Translations under genes and position numbers: made by a program
Assembly (NCBI GenBank): GCA_963790955.1
Contig: CAWBQM010000003.1
Coordinates: 227,385 to 291,384, forward strand
Reading direction: 5' to 3'
Origin: an uncultured Chloroflexia bacterium
Lineage (GTDB): Bacteria; Chloroflexota; Limnocylindria; Limnocylindrales; CSP1-4
DNA length: 64,000 bases
Notes under the pieces: model-generated
Told to the model about the DNA's origin: nothing
The model's database searches: none
Seen by the model: the letters and a program-made list of their open reading frames with translations, nothing else
Shown here: positions 1 through 9,433 of the stretch, piece after piece
Position numbering within the stretch: position 1 is the stretch's first letter
Layout of the letters: each line of letters opens with the position of its first letter

Positions 1-225
1 GGCGTCATTGGCGCCCTTCTGGCGCTTGATCGTCGACCATTTGGAATGTCCGGACATCGCGCCGGAGTATACCGACTATCATGCGGGGATCGCGGCCGAC
101 CGACCGTCCTCGCCGGCCCGAGCCGGCGCCCGTCGAGCGGCCCAACGGACCAGCGGCCGGGCCCGTCGCGATCACCGGCCGCCTCGCTCCGCGTCCTACC
201 ACAGCACGCTGAGGGCCTGTATTCG

Positions 226-2304
226 ATGACCAAGAGCGTAGACGCCAGCCACCTCCGGAGCGTCGTGTTGGCCGGTCACGCCGGCGCCGGCAAGACGACG
301 CTCGCCGAGCAACTCCTCTTTCGCGGCGGCGCGATCTCGCGCCTCGGCCACGTCGACGACGGGACGGCCAGCCTCGACTTCGAGCCCGAGGAGCACAAGC
401 GCCAGGAGTCGCTCAGCCTCGCCATCGCGAGCTACGAGCTCGGCGATGATCGCGTGACCCTGATCGACACACCCGGCTATCCGGACTTCGTGGCCGAGGT
501 CATCTCGGGCTTCGACGCGGCCGACGGGGCGCTGCTCGTGATGGACGCCTCGGGTGGCGTCGAGGCGGGGCTCGAATCGGCCGTTTCGCTCGCACGCAGG
601 TCCGGCAAGGCGACCCTGTTCGTCATCAACAAGGCGGACCGGGAGAATGCCGACCCGACCGCAGCGCTCGACGCGCTGCGCGCCGCCTTCGGCACCAAGA
701 TCGCGCCGCTCCAGCTGGCGCTCGGGGCGGCCGATTCGTTCGCCGGCTACGTCGACCTCGTCCATCGCACGGCGTATCGCTGGGACGGCAAGACCGAGGT
801 CGAGACCGATGTTCCGGCGGAGCTCGCGGACGAGATCGCCCGGCGCCGCGACCAGCTCCTCGAGGCGGCGGCCGAGGCCGACGACGACGTCCTGACCAAG
901 TACCTCGAGGGCCAGGAGATCAGCGACGCAGAGCTCGAGGCGTGCCTCCACCGCGGAGTGCGCGATTCGATCCTGGCCCCGGTCTTCGTCGCCAGCTCGG
1001 CCAAGGGCATCGGGATTCGGGGCCTGGCCGACGCGATCGTGCGCTACCTGCCAGCCCCGATCGAGGAGCCGGAATTCGAGGCGACCGAGGTCAAGGGCGG
1101 GGCCACCGTCAAGATCGGGCGCGACCCGTCCGGGCCGCTCGTCGTACGCGCGTTCAAGACCTCGGCCGACCCGTTCGTCGGGCGCCTGACGTTCCTCCGG
1201 GTCCTGTCCGGGACGGTCCACTCTCAGGCCGCCGTGTTCAACGCGACGCGCGGCGAGGACGAACGGATCGGCCAGCTGCTGGTCCTCCACGGCAAGGATC
1301 AGGAGCCGACCGGCGAACTGCGTGCGGGCGAGATCGGCGCGGTCGCGAAATTGTCGGTGACCCAGACCGGCGACACGCTGAGCGCCAAGGAGCGGGCGCT
1401 CGTCCTGCCGCCCGTCGCCTTCCCGCCGCCGACCCTCCAGGTCGCGATCGAGCCCTCGACCAAGGCCGACCTCGACAAGATGGGCTCCGGCGTGGCGCGC
1501 ATGCTCGAGGAGGAGCCGACCGCGCGCGTCGAGCGCACCGACACGGGCGAGCAGGTCCTCGTGGCCATGGGCGAGGCGCACGTGGCGGTGATCGCCGAAC
1601 GGCTGAAGCGCAAGTTCGGGGCAGCCATCGTCACCCACACACCCAAGGTCGCGTATCGGGAGACGATCCGCGGCAAGGCCCAGGTGCACGGCCGGTACAA
1701 GAAGCAGACGGGCGGCCACGGCATGTTCGGTGACGTGTGGATCGAGCTCGAGCCCAACCCGGACGGCGGCGTGGAATTCACGGAGAAGGTCGTCGGCGGC
1801 TCGGTCCCGCGCCAGTTCTTCCCTGGCGTCGAGAAGGGCATTCGGGAGACGGCGGCCGAGGGCGTCGTGGCCGGCTATCCGCTGTCGGACTTCAAGGCGA
1901 CCCTGTATGACGGCTCGTTCCACACCGTCGACTCGAACGAGCTGAGCTTCAAGATCGCGGCCTCGATGGCGCTCAAGGAAGGCGTCCACCAGGCCCGGCC
2001 GGTGCTCATGGAACCGATCATGAACGTCACGGTGACGGTGCCCGAGCAGTACATGGGCGATGTGAACCGCGACCTCAACGGCCGGCGGGGGCGCGTCATG
2101 GGTCTCGATGCGAGCGGCGACGGCATGCAGGTCGTGACCGCCCAGGTGCCCCAGGCGGAACTGTTCAACTACGCGACCGAGCTGCGCTCCCTCACGCACG
2201 GTCGCGGTACGTTCAGCGCGGCCCTCGACCACTACGAGGACGTGCCGCAGCACATCGCCGAGCGGGTCATCGACGAGCATCGCAAGGAGAACGACGGCCA
2301 CTGA
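226..2304 (+). CDS. fusA: Elongation factor G paralog (EF-G2/FusA2-like)
   Basis: G1 GHAGAGKTT, G3 DTPGY, G4 NKAD; domain IV/V motifs KKQTGGHGMFG, YDGSFHTVDS, LMEPIM, ELRSLTHGRG. ATG at 226 chosen over the ORF-track start at 46. Confidence 0.93.
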   Translation: MTKSVDASHLRSVVLAGHAGAGKTTLAEQLLFRGGAISRLGHVDDGTASLDFEPEEHKRQESLSLAIASYELGDDRVTLIDTPGYPDFVAEVISGFDAADGALLVMDASGGVEAGLESAVSLARRSGKATLFVINKADRENADPTAALDALRAAFGTKIAPLQLALGAADSFAGYVDLVHRTAYRWDGKTEVETDVPAELADEIARRRDQLLEAAAEADDDVLTKYLEGQEISDAELEACLHRGVRDSILAPVFVASSAKGIGIRGLADAIVRYLPAPIEEPEFEATEVKGGATVKIGRDPSGPLVVRAFKTSADPFVGRLTFLRVLSGTVHSQAAVFNATRGEDERIGQLLVLHGKDQEPTGELRAGEIGAVAKLSVTQTGDTLSAKERALVLPPVAFPPPTLQVAIEPSTKADLDKMGSGVARMLEEEPTARVERTDTGEQVLVAMGEAHVAVIAERLKRKFGAAIVTHTPKVAYRETIRGKAQVHGRYKKQTGGHGMFGDVWIELEPNPDGGVEFTEKVVGGSVPRQFFPGVEKGIRETAAEGVVAGYPLSDFKATLYDGSFHTVDSNELSFKIAASMALKEGVHQARPVLMEPIMNVTVTVPEQYMGDVNRDLNGRRGRVMGLDASGDGMQVVTAQVPQAELFNYATELRSLTHGRGTFSAALDHYEDVPQHIAERVIDEHRKENDGH

Positions 2305-2366
2305 GCCCGGGACTCGGGTCGGCCCGCGCGGCGAGGCCCGGATCAGGCTGACCGGCCGCGACTGAC

Positions 2367-4784
2367 GTGAGCGCATCCGGCTCCTCGGTCGGCCTCGCGC
2401 CGGTCCACGACACCCGCCCGCGACCGCCGGGTATCCCGGCCTGGCCGGTGCGCGCGGCGCTGCGCGGCGCGGCGTTGGCATTCGCCATCGCGGGTTTTGT
2501 CCGGGCGGCGACGGTGGCCGTCGCCGGTCACACCGAGCGCGCCGTCATCGATGCGGGCGCCCTGGCCCCGCTCGCCCGTACCGCGGTCGGAGCGGCCGTT
2601 GTGGGTACGCTCCTGGCGCTCGTCGCGGTGGCCCTCGGTCTGCGCTGGCTGCGCGACGTGACGCGGCTGAGCGGGACCGTCCGCCGTGGCCGGATTGCCT
2701 GGCCGGCAACACTCCATCAGCGGTTGGCGGGCAGGTCCGAGCGCGGCTTCCGCGTCGCGGCGATCGCCGTGGCCGGGATGACGCTGGCCGCCGCCGCATC
2801 GGCCCTCGCCGCACTCGTCGTCGGGCGCCAGGCGGGCCAGGCACCGTTCCTGGCCGGTCTCGGGCTCGAGGTGCTCGGCGCGGGCCTGGCAGTGGTCGCG
2901 TCCGGGCTCGGCGTGTGGGTCGTCGACCGGCTCGAGGAGCTCGTTCTGGACCGCACCTCGCCGTTCGCACGGCCCCTGTCGGCCAGGCGGCGGGGCATTC
3001 GCGCGCTGCCGATCGTGGCCCTCCTCGGCCTGAGCCTGTATCCGGCCGTCACCATCGCGACGGCGACGGCGCACGACCAGGTGAACTGTCCCGGGCTGCC
3101 CGGTGGCGACTGCCGGCGGGTCACCGTGGAGCTCGACCGAACGGGCGCCGATCGGAGCCGCACGCTGTCGATCATCTTTCGCGTTGCACCGGCAACCGGG
3201 TCCCGGCTGGGGACCCTGTTCGTCGCGACCGGCGGACCGGGCGTGCGTGGGCTGTCCGAGGCGGATCCGCGACTCGCCCAGATCGACCCCGCGATCCTGG
3301 CCCGGTACGACGTCGTGTTCTTCGACGAGCGCGGCGTCGGCGGCTCCGACGGCTTCGACTGTCCGTCGTCGGTCGGGGCGTACCTCCAGGACGTCGCCGA
3401 CGACGGACTGGCCGCGACCGACCAGTTCGTCGATGCCTGCCTGCAAGAGCTCGGCCCCGACGCGTCACGCCTGCCGTACATGGGCACGAGCGCGGCTGCG
3501 GACGACATCGATGCCATACGCGAGAGCCTCGGGCTCGACCGGATCGCACTCTACGGGGAAAGCTACGGGACGCTGCTCGCCCAGACCTATGCCGCGCGCT
3601 ACCCGAACCGGGTCAGCGCCCTGATCCTCGATGGGGCCATCGACGCCGTGACCCCCAGCCTCGACTTCTGGTCGGAGGCGGCACGCGGCTTCGCGTCGAC
3701 CCTGACGGCGACCCTGGATGCGTGCTCGGCGTCGCCTGCGTGTCGAACCGATATGGCAGGCGGCGATCCCCAACGCGACTGGCAGCAGGTCGTGGAGAGA
3801 CTCCGGCAGGGTGCCGTCCAGGTCGAGTACCCGGACGGCTTCGCGCTGCACGACGCGGCGATCACCCTGGCCCAGCTGTACACCGCCGCCGGCCGTGCCC
3901 TCTACGACGAGACCGCACGGATGGAGCTGTTGCGCGCGGTCGCGGCCGCCTCGCACGGCGACTGGCTCCTGCTCGACCGGCTCGTCGTGGTCGGTCTGCC
4001 GCAGCCGGTCACGGGTCTCGTTGGGTCCCGCGCTCCGACCTTCGGGCTCACGCATCTCGAACCATGGACGCCGACCGCATATCGCGCGGTCGAGTGCGCG
4101 GACGTCGACGCTCCGGCCCTGGGCGCGACGGCCTTCGATCGAGCCGACCGAGCCGCCGCCGACGCCGGCATCTTCGCCGACCTCGTGCGCCAGGACTCGG
4201 GCTGCCTGCGCTGGCCGCGCCCCATCGCGGGGGCACGGCCCCTCGCAGCGCTGCCGGCGACGGTGCGCACGCTCGTCCTGGCGGCGACGGCCGATCCGAT
4301 CACGCCCCTCGCAAACGCCCAGCGCATCGTGGCCCGGTCGAATGGAACGGCGACCCTGCTCGTGACCGATGGCGGCCCGCACGTGTCGTATGGGACGGGT
4401 TCCGCCTGCGTCGACGACGCCGTTCGCGCGCTCCTGCTCGATGGCACCCTGGCGTCGGGTCGGATCGACTGCCATGGCCGTGTGGCGGACGACTATGTTC
4501 CGCTGCCGGCGGCCTCCGCCGCGGCGTTCGAGACTGGCGCGGCGGGCATCGCCGACGTCGCCCGCCAGCTCGGGGCGCTGCCCGAGGTCACGTCCTGGGA
4601 CCGCCTTGGCTCGCTGCGAGTCGGCTGCCCGGTCGCCGGCTACGTGCGCCTGTACGGCTTTCCCGACGGGGTCACCCTGTTCGTCTCGGGCTGCTCGTTC
4701 GTGCCCGGCTTCACGGTCAGCGGGTCCGGCTCGATGGATCCGGTCGACGGTCGCATCAGCCTGGACGTGACCCGGGACGACTGA
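2367..4784 (+). CDS. Alpha/beta hydrolase (TAP-like peptidase S33 family) with N-terminal multi-pass membrane region
   Basis: GGPG oxyanion loop, FDERGVG, nucleophile GESYG, LILDG, ADPITP (Asp) and GPHVSY (His); several hydrophobic helices in the first ~230 aa. Start uncertain. Confidence 0.8.
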   Translation: MSASGSSVGLAPVHDTRPRPPGIPAWPVRAALRGAALAFAIAGFVRAATVAVAGHTERAVIDAGALAPLARTAVGAAVVGTLLALVAVALGLRWLRDVTRLSGTVRRGRIAWPATLHQRLAGRSERGFRVAAIAVAGMTLAAAASALAALVVGRQAGQAPFLAGLGLEVLGAGLAVVASGLGVWVVDRLEELVLDRTSPFARPLSARRRGIRALPIVALLGLSLYPAVTIATATAHDQVNCPGLPGGDCRRVTVELDRTGADRSRTLSIIFRVAPATGSRLGTLFVATGGPGVRGLSEADPRLAQIDPAILARYDVVFFDERGVGGSDGFDCPSSVGAYLQDVADDGLAATDQFVDACLQELGPDASRLPYMGTSAAADDIDAIRESLGLDRIALYGESYGTLLAQTYAARYPNRVSALILDGAIDAVTPSLDFWSEAARGFASTLTATLDACSASPACRTDMAGGDPQRDWQQVVERLRQGAVQVEYPDGFALHDAAITLAQLYTAAGRALYDETARMELLRAVAAASHGDWLLLDRLVVVGLPQPVTGLVGSRAPTFGLTHLEPWTPTAYRAVECADVDAPALGATAFDRADRAAADAGIFADLVRQDSGCLRWPRPIAGARPLAALPATVRTLVLAATADPITPLANAQRIVARSNGTATLLVTDGGPHVSYGTGSACVDDAVRALLLDGTLASGRIDCHGRVADDYVPLPAASAAAFETGAAGIADVARQLGALPEVTSWDRLGSLRVGCPVAGYVRLYGFPDGVTLFVSGCSFVPGFTVSGSGSMDPVDGRISLDVTRDD

Positions 4785-4812
4785 GCCAGGGCCGGCCGCG
4801 ATCCATGACGGA

Positions 4813-5556
4813 TCAGGACAGGTGCTCGATCGCGGCCGCGAGATCGATGCCGCCCTCGTAGATCGCGCGGCCGACGATGGCACCACTGCAGCCGACGCCA
4901 CGAAGCTCCTCGAGATCGGAGATCGAGCGGATGCCACCGGAGGCCACGATCCGTCCGGGCGCGAGACCCGCGAGGCGGCTGAGCAGCTCGAGATCGGGCC
5001 CGCCGAGCAGCCCGTCGCGCTCGATCGAGGTGACCTCGAACGCGGCGACGCGAAGCCCCCTGAGCCGCTCGAGCGCCCGGTCGGCATCGATCCCGGCCGC
5101 GTCCTGACGCCAGCCCTCGCCGACCGCGCGGCCACCTCGAATGTCGAGCGCGACCGCGACGTCGACGTGCGCCGCGTCGACGATCACCTCCACGAGCTCG
5201 GGCGCACGCACGGCGGCGGTCCCCAACACGAGTCGTTGCGCACCGGCGTCACGCGCGGCCAGCGCCGTCTCGAGGTCCCTGATGCCGCCACCCAGCTCGA
5301 CGCGACACGCACCACGGATGGCCGCGGCGATGCGCTCGACGGTCGCGAGCTGGCGCGGCTTGCCATCCCGTGCGGCATCGAGGTCCACGACGTGGATCCA
5401 GGCGGCGCCCGCTGCCGCGAAGTCGCGGGCGATGTCGACCGGATCGCCTGTGTAGGTGGTGCGCCGCCCGAAATCGCCGACCGCCAACCGGACGACCGTG
5501 CCATCGAGCAGGTCGATGGCCGGCAGGATCTGGAACGTTGACACCGGGCCGCTCAC
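4813..5556 (-). CDS. hisA: ProFAR isomerase HisA
   Basis: ILPAIDL, IHVVDLD, GGGIR, LGTAA, RDGLLGGPD, SGGIRS, GRAIYEG; TACGCT-N6-GTG leaderless start. Confidence 0.95.
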   Translation of the reverse strand: MSGPVSTFQILPAIDLLDGTVVRLAVGDFGRRTTYTGDPVDIARDFAAAGAAWIHVVDLDAARDGKPRQLATVERIAAAIRGACRVELGGGIRDLETALAARDAGAQRLVLGTAAVRAPELVEVIVDAAHVDVAVALDIRGGRAVGEGWRQDAAGIDADRALERLRGLRVAAFEVTSIERDGLLGGPDLELLSRLAGLAPGRIVASGGIRSISDLEELRGVGCSGAIVGRAIYEGGIDLAAAIEHLS

Positions 5557-5558
5557 CT

Positions 5559-5590
5559 TGGTAGCGTATTACTGTGCTAACACGCTACCA
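5559..5590. promoter_or_regulatory. Palindromic operator for the TrpR/YerC-family regulator, overlapping divergent -10 boxes
   Basis: TGGTAGCGTATTACTGTGCTAACACGCTACCA has 9-bp perfect inverted ends and TA every 8 bp. It contains -10 TACGCT (- strand, 5563-5568) and overlaps TACCAT (+ strand, 5586-5591). Confidence 0.75.
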
Positions 5591-5677
5591 TGCCACAAGG
5601 CCGCCTGTGCAGCCGGTCTCTGCGAGACGCGCGAACAGGATCGCCCCGGCTCGCGACGAGACCCCGCGAGCACGACG

Positions 5678-6010
5678 ATGATCGCTCGAGACGCCGACTG
5701 GCGGGGCCCTGCCACGGAGGCGCTGTTCGAGGCCATCCTGCGCCTCGAATCTCCGCCGGAGGCAGCGCAGTTCTTCCGGGACCTGTGCACGATCGGCGAG
5801 CTGCACGACCTCGCCCAACGCTGGGCCGTCGTTCGCATGCTCGACGCCGGACTGCACTACGCCGAGATCTCGAGCGTGACCGGCGCGAGCACGGCCACGA
5901 TCACCCAAATCGCATCGTGGCTTCATCACGGTGAGGGCGGCTATCAGCTCGTGCTCGAGCGCATACGCGCTTCGGGCGGCAGCCCCTATCCCAAACGGCC
6001 GGAACGATGA
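5678..6010 (+). CDS. TrpR-like YerC/YecD family repressor (HisR-type)
   Basis: LFEAILRL...FFRDLCTIGEL..LAQRWAV..ML...Y.EI...TGASTATIT..WL.HGEGGY; first gene of the his operon, ATGA overlap with hisG. Confidence 0.9.
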   Translation: MIARDADWRGPATEALFEAILRLESPPEAAQFFRDLCTIGELHDLAQRWAVVRMLDAGLHYAEISSVTGASTATITQIASWLHHGEGGYQLVLERIRASGGSPYPKRPER

Positions 6011-6867
6011 GCCGCCGCCTGCGGCTCGCCGTTCCGAACAAAGGCCGACTCGTCGAACCGACCCTGGCCCTGTTGCACGACGCGGGGCTGGTCTTCGAGG
6101 AGCACGATCGGAGCCTCGTCTCGCGCGTCCAGAATTTCGATCTCGACGTGCTGTTCGTCCGAACCGGCGACGTGATCGAGTTCGTCGGCGACGGCGTCGC
6201 CGACCTGGGCATCACCGGCGTCGACTTGCTCACGGAGACCGACGCGGAGCTGCCGCGGGTCCGTTCGCTCGGCTACGGCCGGTGCCGCTTGGCCGCGGCC
6301 GTGCCGACCGACACGCCATACCAGGCCGTCGAGGATCTGGCCGGGCTGCGGGTGGCCACCGCCCATCCCAACACGGCTCGCCGGTTCTTCGCCGAGCGCG
6401 ACATCCCCGTCGACGTCATCCCGATTTCCGGGGCCGTCGAGGTGGCGCCCCGGCTGGGGCTCGCAGAGGCGATCGTCGACCTGGTCTCGACCGGCTCGAC
6501 GCTCGTCATGAACGGCCTGCGCCCGATCGGCGACGTCCTCGCCTCGGAGGCGATCTTGATCGCCAACCCGTCCGCCCAGCAGCGCCGGCACGACGAGCTG
6601 GACGCGATCGACACGATGCTCAGCGCGGTCATCGCGGCGCGCGACAAGAAGTACCTGATGATGAACGCCCCCGCGACGAAGCTGGCCGAGCTCGAGGGGT
6701 TGCTGCCCGGGCTCGAGAGCCCCTCGGTCATCCCGCTCGCCCACGCCGGGATGATCGCGATCCATTCGGTCGTGGGCGCCGACGACGTGTGGAGCCTGCT
6801 GCCTCGGCTCAAGGCCGCCGGCGCCTCGGGCATCCTCGTGCTGCCGATCGAGAAGATCCTGCCGTGA
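6007..6867 (+). CDS. hisG: ATP phosphoribosyltransferase, long form
   Basis: LAVPNKGRL, ADLGITGVD, GAVEVAP, IVDLVSTGSTL..NGL; C-terminal regulatory domain LPGLESPSV. Confidence 0.96.
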   Translation: MSRRLRLAVPNKGRLVEPTLALLHDAGLVFEEHDRSLVSRVQNFDLDVLFVRTGDVIEFVGDGVADLGITGVDLLTETDAELPRVRSLGYGRCRLAAAVPTDTPYQAVEDLAGLRVATAHPNTARRFFAERDIPVDVIPISGAVEVAPRLGLAEAIVDLVSTGSTLVMNGLRPIGDVLASEAILIANPSAQQRRHDELDAIDTMLSAVIAARDKKYLMMNAPATKLAELEGLLPGLESPSVIPLAHAGMIAIHSVVGADDVWSLLPRLKAAGASGILVLPIEKILP

Positions 6868-8262
6868 GCGTGCGCTCCACCACTCCCGTGCGGAGCCAGA
6901 CCACGTCGACCGCCGGCACCACCGCTCCGGTCAGCCTCCGCCTTCAGCGCATCGACCTCGTCAACGGTGGCGAGGCGGCTCGCCGGGCGGCGCACCGACT
7001 CGCGAGGCGCGGGGCCATGCCGGATCGGAACGTCCGCGATGCCGCACGCCAGATCCTCGACGACGTCCGGGCATCGGGCGGCGGTGCCGTCCGGGCCGCC
7101 AATCGACGCTTCGGGGGCGGGCTCCTCGACGAACGCCTGCTGATCGAACGAGATGACCTCCGCGCCGCGGCCGGGCGCCTGGCGCCCACGGTGCGCACGG
7201 CCCTCGAGACCGCGATCGCGAACGTGCGCCGGTTCGCCGAACACCAGCGCCCGGAGTCGCGACGCGTCACGGTCGCACCGGGCGTGGAGCTCGAGCGGCG
7301 CTGGCTGCCGCTCGAGCGCGTCGGCTGCTACGTCCCCGGTGGCTCTGCGGCGTACCCGTCGTCGCTGGTCATGACCGTCGTGCCCGCGCGCGTGGCGGGT
7401 GTCGGGGCGATCGTCGTGGCGTCGCCGGCCGATCCCACCGGTCGCGTCGACCCGGTCCTGCTCGGCGCGGCGGGCCTGCTCGAGGTCGACGCGGTCCTCG
7501 TCGCGGGCGGCGCCCAGGCGATCGGGGCCCTCGCGTACGGGCTGCCCGAGATCGACCTGCTGCCAGTGGCGCGCATCGTCGGTCCGGGCAATGCCTATGT
7601 CACGGCGGCCAAGCTCGAGGTCCACGGCGACGTCGGCATCGACATGCCCGCCGGCCCATCGGAGGGCTGCGTCCTCGCCGACGGCGAGGCCGATCCGCGG
7701 CTGGTCGCAGCGGATCTGCTGACCCAGGCCGAGCACGGCCCGGACTCACCGGCCATCCTCGTCACGGCCGATCGATCACTCGCCGACGCGGTCGAGGCGG
7801 AGATGGCGGACGCTCTCGCCGTCGCGCCGCGACGGGCCATCCTCGAGCGCGCCCTGGCCGTACACGGCCGGATCGTCCTCGTGAACGATCTCGACGAGGC
7901 CGTCGCGTTCGTGAACGCCTACGCCCCGGAGCATCTCTCGATCGAGCTTCGGCCGGCGGACCTCGAGCCGGCCGTCGGGCGCCTCCACAGCGCGGGCTCG
8001 ATGTTCGTCGGGCGCTGGGCCCCCAAATCTGCCGGCGACTACGCGACCGGGGCCAATCACGTGCTGCCGACCGGTGGCCTGGCCCGCTCGTCCGACCCCC
8101 TCGGTGTCGAGGCATACGGACACTACACCCAGAATTCAGCGCATCGACCGCGAGGGCCTGTCCGGTCTGCGGCAGGCGATCACGACGCTGGCCACGGCCG
8201 AGGGGCTGGATGCCCACCGTCGCGCCGTCGAGGTCCGGTTCGAGGCGGAGGACGAGCGATGA
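6864..8262 (+). pseudogene. hisD: Histidinol dehydrogenase with an apparent +1 frameshift near 8133 (real lesion or assembly error)
   Basis: YVPGG, GGAQAI, VGPGNAYV, DMPAGPSE, QAEH, PEHL, GDYATGANHVLPT in the 6864 frame. The conserved tail AEGLDAH continues in the next frame (8134-8262) after CAG-A-ATT. GTG start overlaps the hisG stop. Confidence 0.88.
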
Positions 8263-8290
8263 GGATGCGCGTCGCAGCGGTCGCTCGACC

Positions 8291-9433
8291 GTGAGCCCGA
8301 CGCCGGTGACCTACACGGCACCGACGGCTCCCGCCGGCTACAGCTGGGAGGCGACGAGCGAGGCCGTCGCCGCACGCTACGGCCTGCCCCTCGACGCCGT
8401 GGTCCGGTTCGACCTGAACACGTCCCCCGGCCCGCCTTCGATCGCGAGCCGAGTCCTCGCCTCGGGCCACTTCGACGTGCCCGTGTCGGACTACCCGCCA
8501 TCGGACTACCGGCGCCTCACGGAGGCCGCCGCAGGGGTGTACGGCTGCAGCACGGACGAGCTCGTCGTGGGCGCCGGCGCCGACGAGATCCTCGATCTCG
8601 TCGCCAAGGCGTTCCTGCCTCCGGGAGGGATCGCCGTCGTGCCCGCACCGACGTACGCGATGTATCGGGTCCTGACCGAGCAACGCCCGGCGCAGGCCCG
8701 GATCGTCGCCCGACACGGGGCCGACGGCGGGTATGCGCTCGATGTGCCGGCCACGCTCGAGGCCGGACGCGACGCCGACGTCGTGTGGCTGTGCAATCCG
8801 AACAACCCGACGGGCGTGCCCGAGCCCGACGGCACCGTCGCACAGCTGCTCGACAACCTCGCCCGCCAGGCGCAGCGCGACGGCCGCCTCGCCCCGATCG
8901 TCGTCCTCGACGAGGCGTATGCCGAGTTTGCGGGTCGATCCCTGGCCGAGCTGCGGCGGGCCTACTCGCGTCTCGTCGTGGTCCGGACCGCCTCGAAGGC
9001 GTACGCCCTGGCCGGTCTCCGCGTTGGCTTCGCCGTCGGCCACCCGGAGCTCGTCGCCGCCATCGCCCCGTATCGCCCGCCGGGCTCGGTCAGCGTGCCC
9101 TCGGCGACGATCGTGACCGAGGCCCTGCTCGACGCGACGGACATGCGGGCCAACGTTGCCGCCCTGATCGCCGAGCGCGAGCGGCTCCGCGAGCGGCTGC
9201 TCGAGGACGGCTGGTCGGTCGGCCCGTCGGTGACGAACTTCCTGCTGCTCGATCTCGGCAGCCCGGCCCGGGCCGAGGCCGTGGCCGAGTTCCTGCTGGC
9301 GCGGGGCCTCGTGCCGCGCACATTCGGATCGGCGCATCCGCTTCGACGGGCGCTGCGCATCACCGTCCGCACGCCGGCCGACGACGAGCGCCTCGTTGCG
9401 GCGCTGCGTGACGCCCGGGACCTGGCGGTATGA
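8291..9433 (+). CDS. hisC: Histidinol-phosphate aminotransferase
   Basis: GADE, PTYAMY, CNPNNPTG, LDEAY, RTASKAYALAGLRVG (PLP lysine). Confidence 0.93.
   Translation: MSPTPVTYTAPTAPAGYSWEATSEAVAARYGLPLDAVVRFDLNTSPGPPSIASRVLASGHFDVPVSDYPPSDYRRLTEAAAGVYGCSTDELVVGAGADEILDLVAKAFLPPGGIAVVPAPTYAMYRVLTEQRPAQARIVARHGADGGYALDVPATLEAGRDADVVWLCNPNNPTGVPEPDGTVAQLLDNLARQAQRDGRLAPIVVLDEAYAEFAGRSLAELRRAYSRLVVVRTASKAYALAGLRVGFAVGHPELVAAIAPYRPPGSVSVPSATIVTEALLDATDMRANVAALIAERERLRERLLEDGWSVGPSVTNFLLLDLGSPARAEAVAEFLLARGLVPRTFGSAHPLRRALRITVRTPADDERLVAALRDARDLAV

Noticed and set aside
196-2481. Long antisense and alternate-frame ORFs here and throughout (e.g. 13817-16423, 41854-44670, 48749-50905)
   Set aside because: Shadow ORFs expected in high-GC DNA; Arg/Pro/Ala-rich, motif-free and overlapping well-supported genes.
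5931-6863. 300-aa N-terminal extension of HisD in the ORF track
   Set aside because: Overlaps hisG out of frame; GTG 6864 in a GTGA overlap is the plausible start.
8125-8140. Programmed ribosomal frameshift in hisD
   Set aside because: No slippery run, in-frame stop or stimulatory element; error or mutation is more likely.
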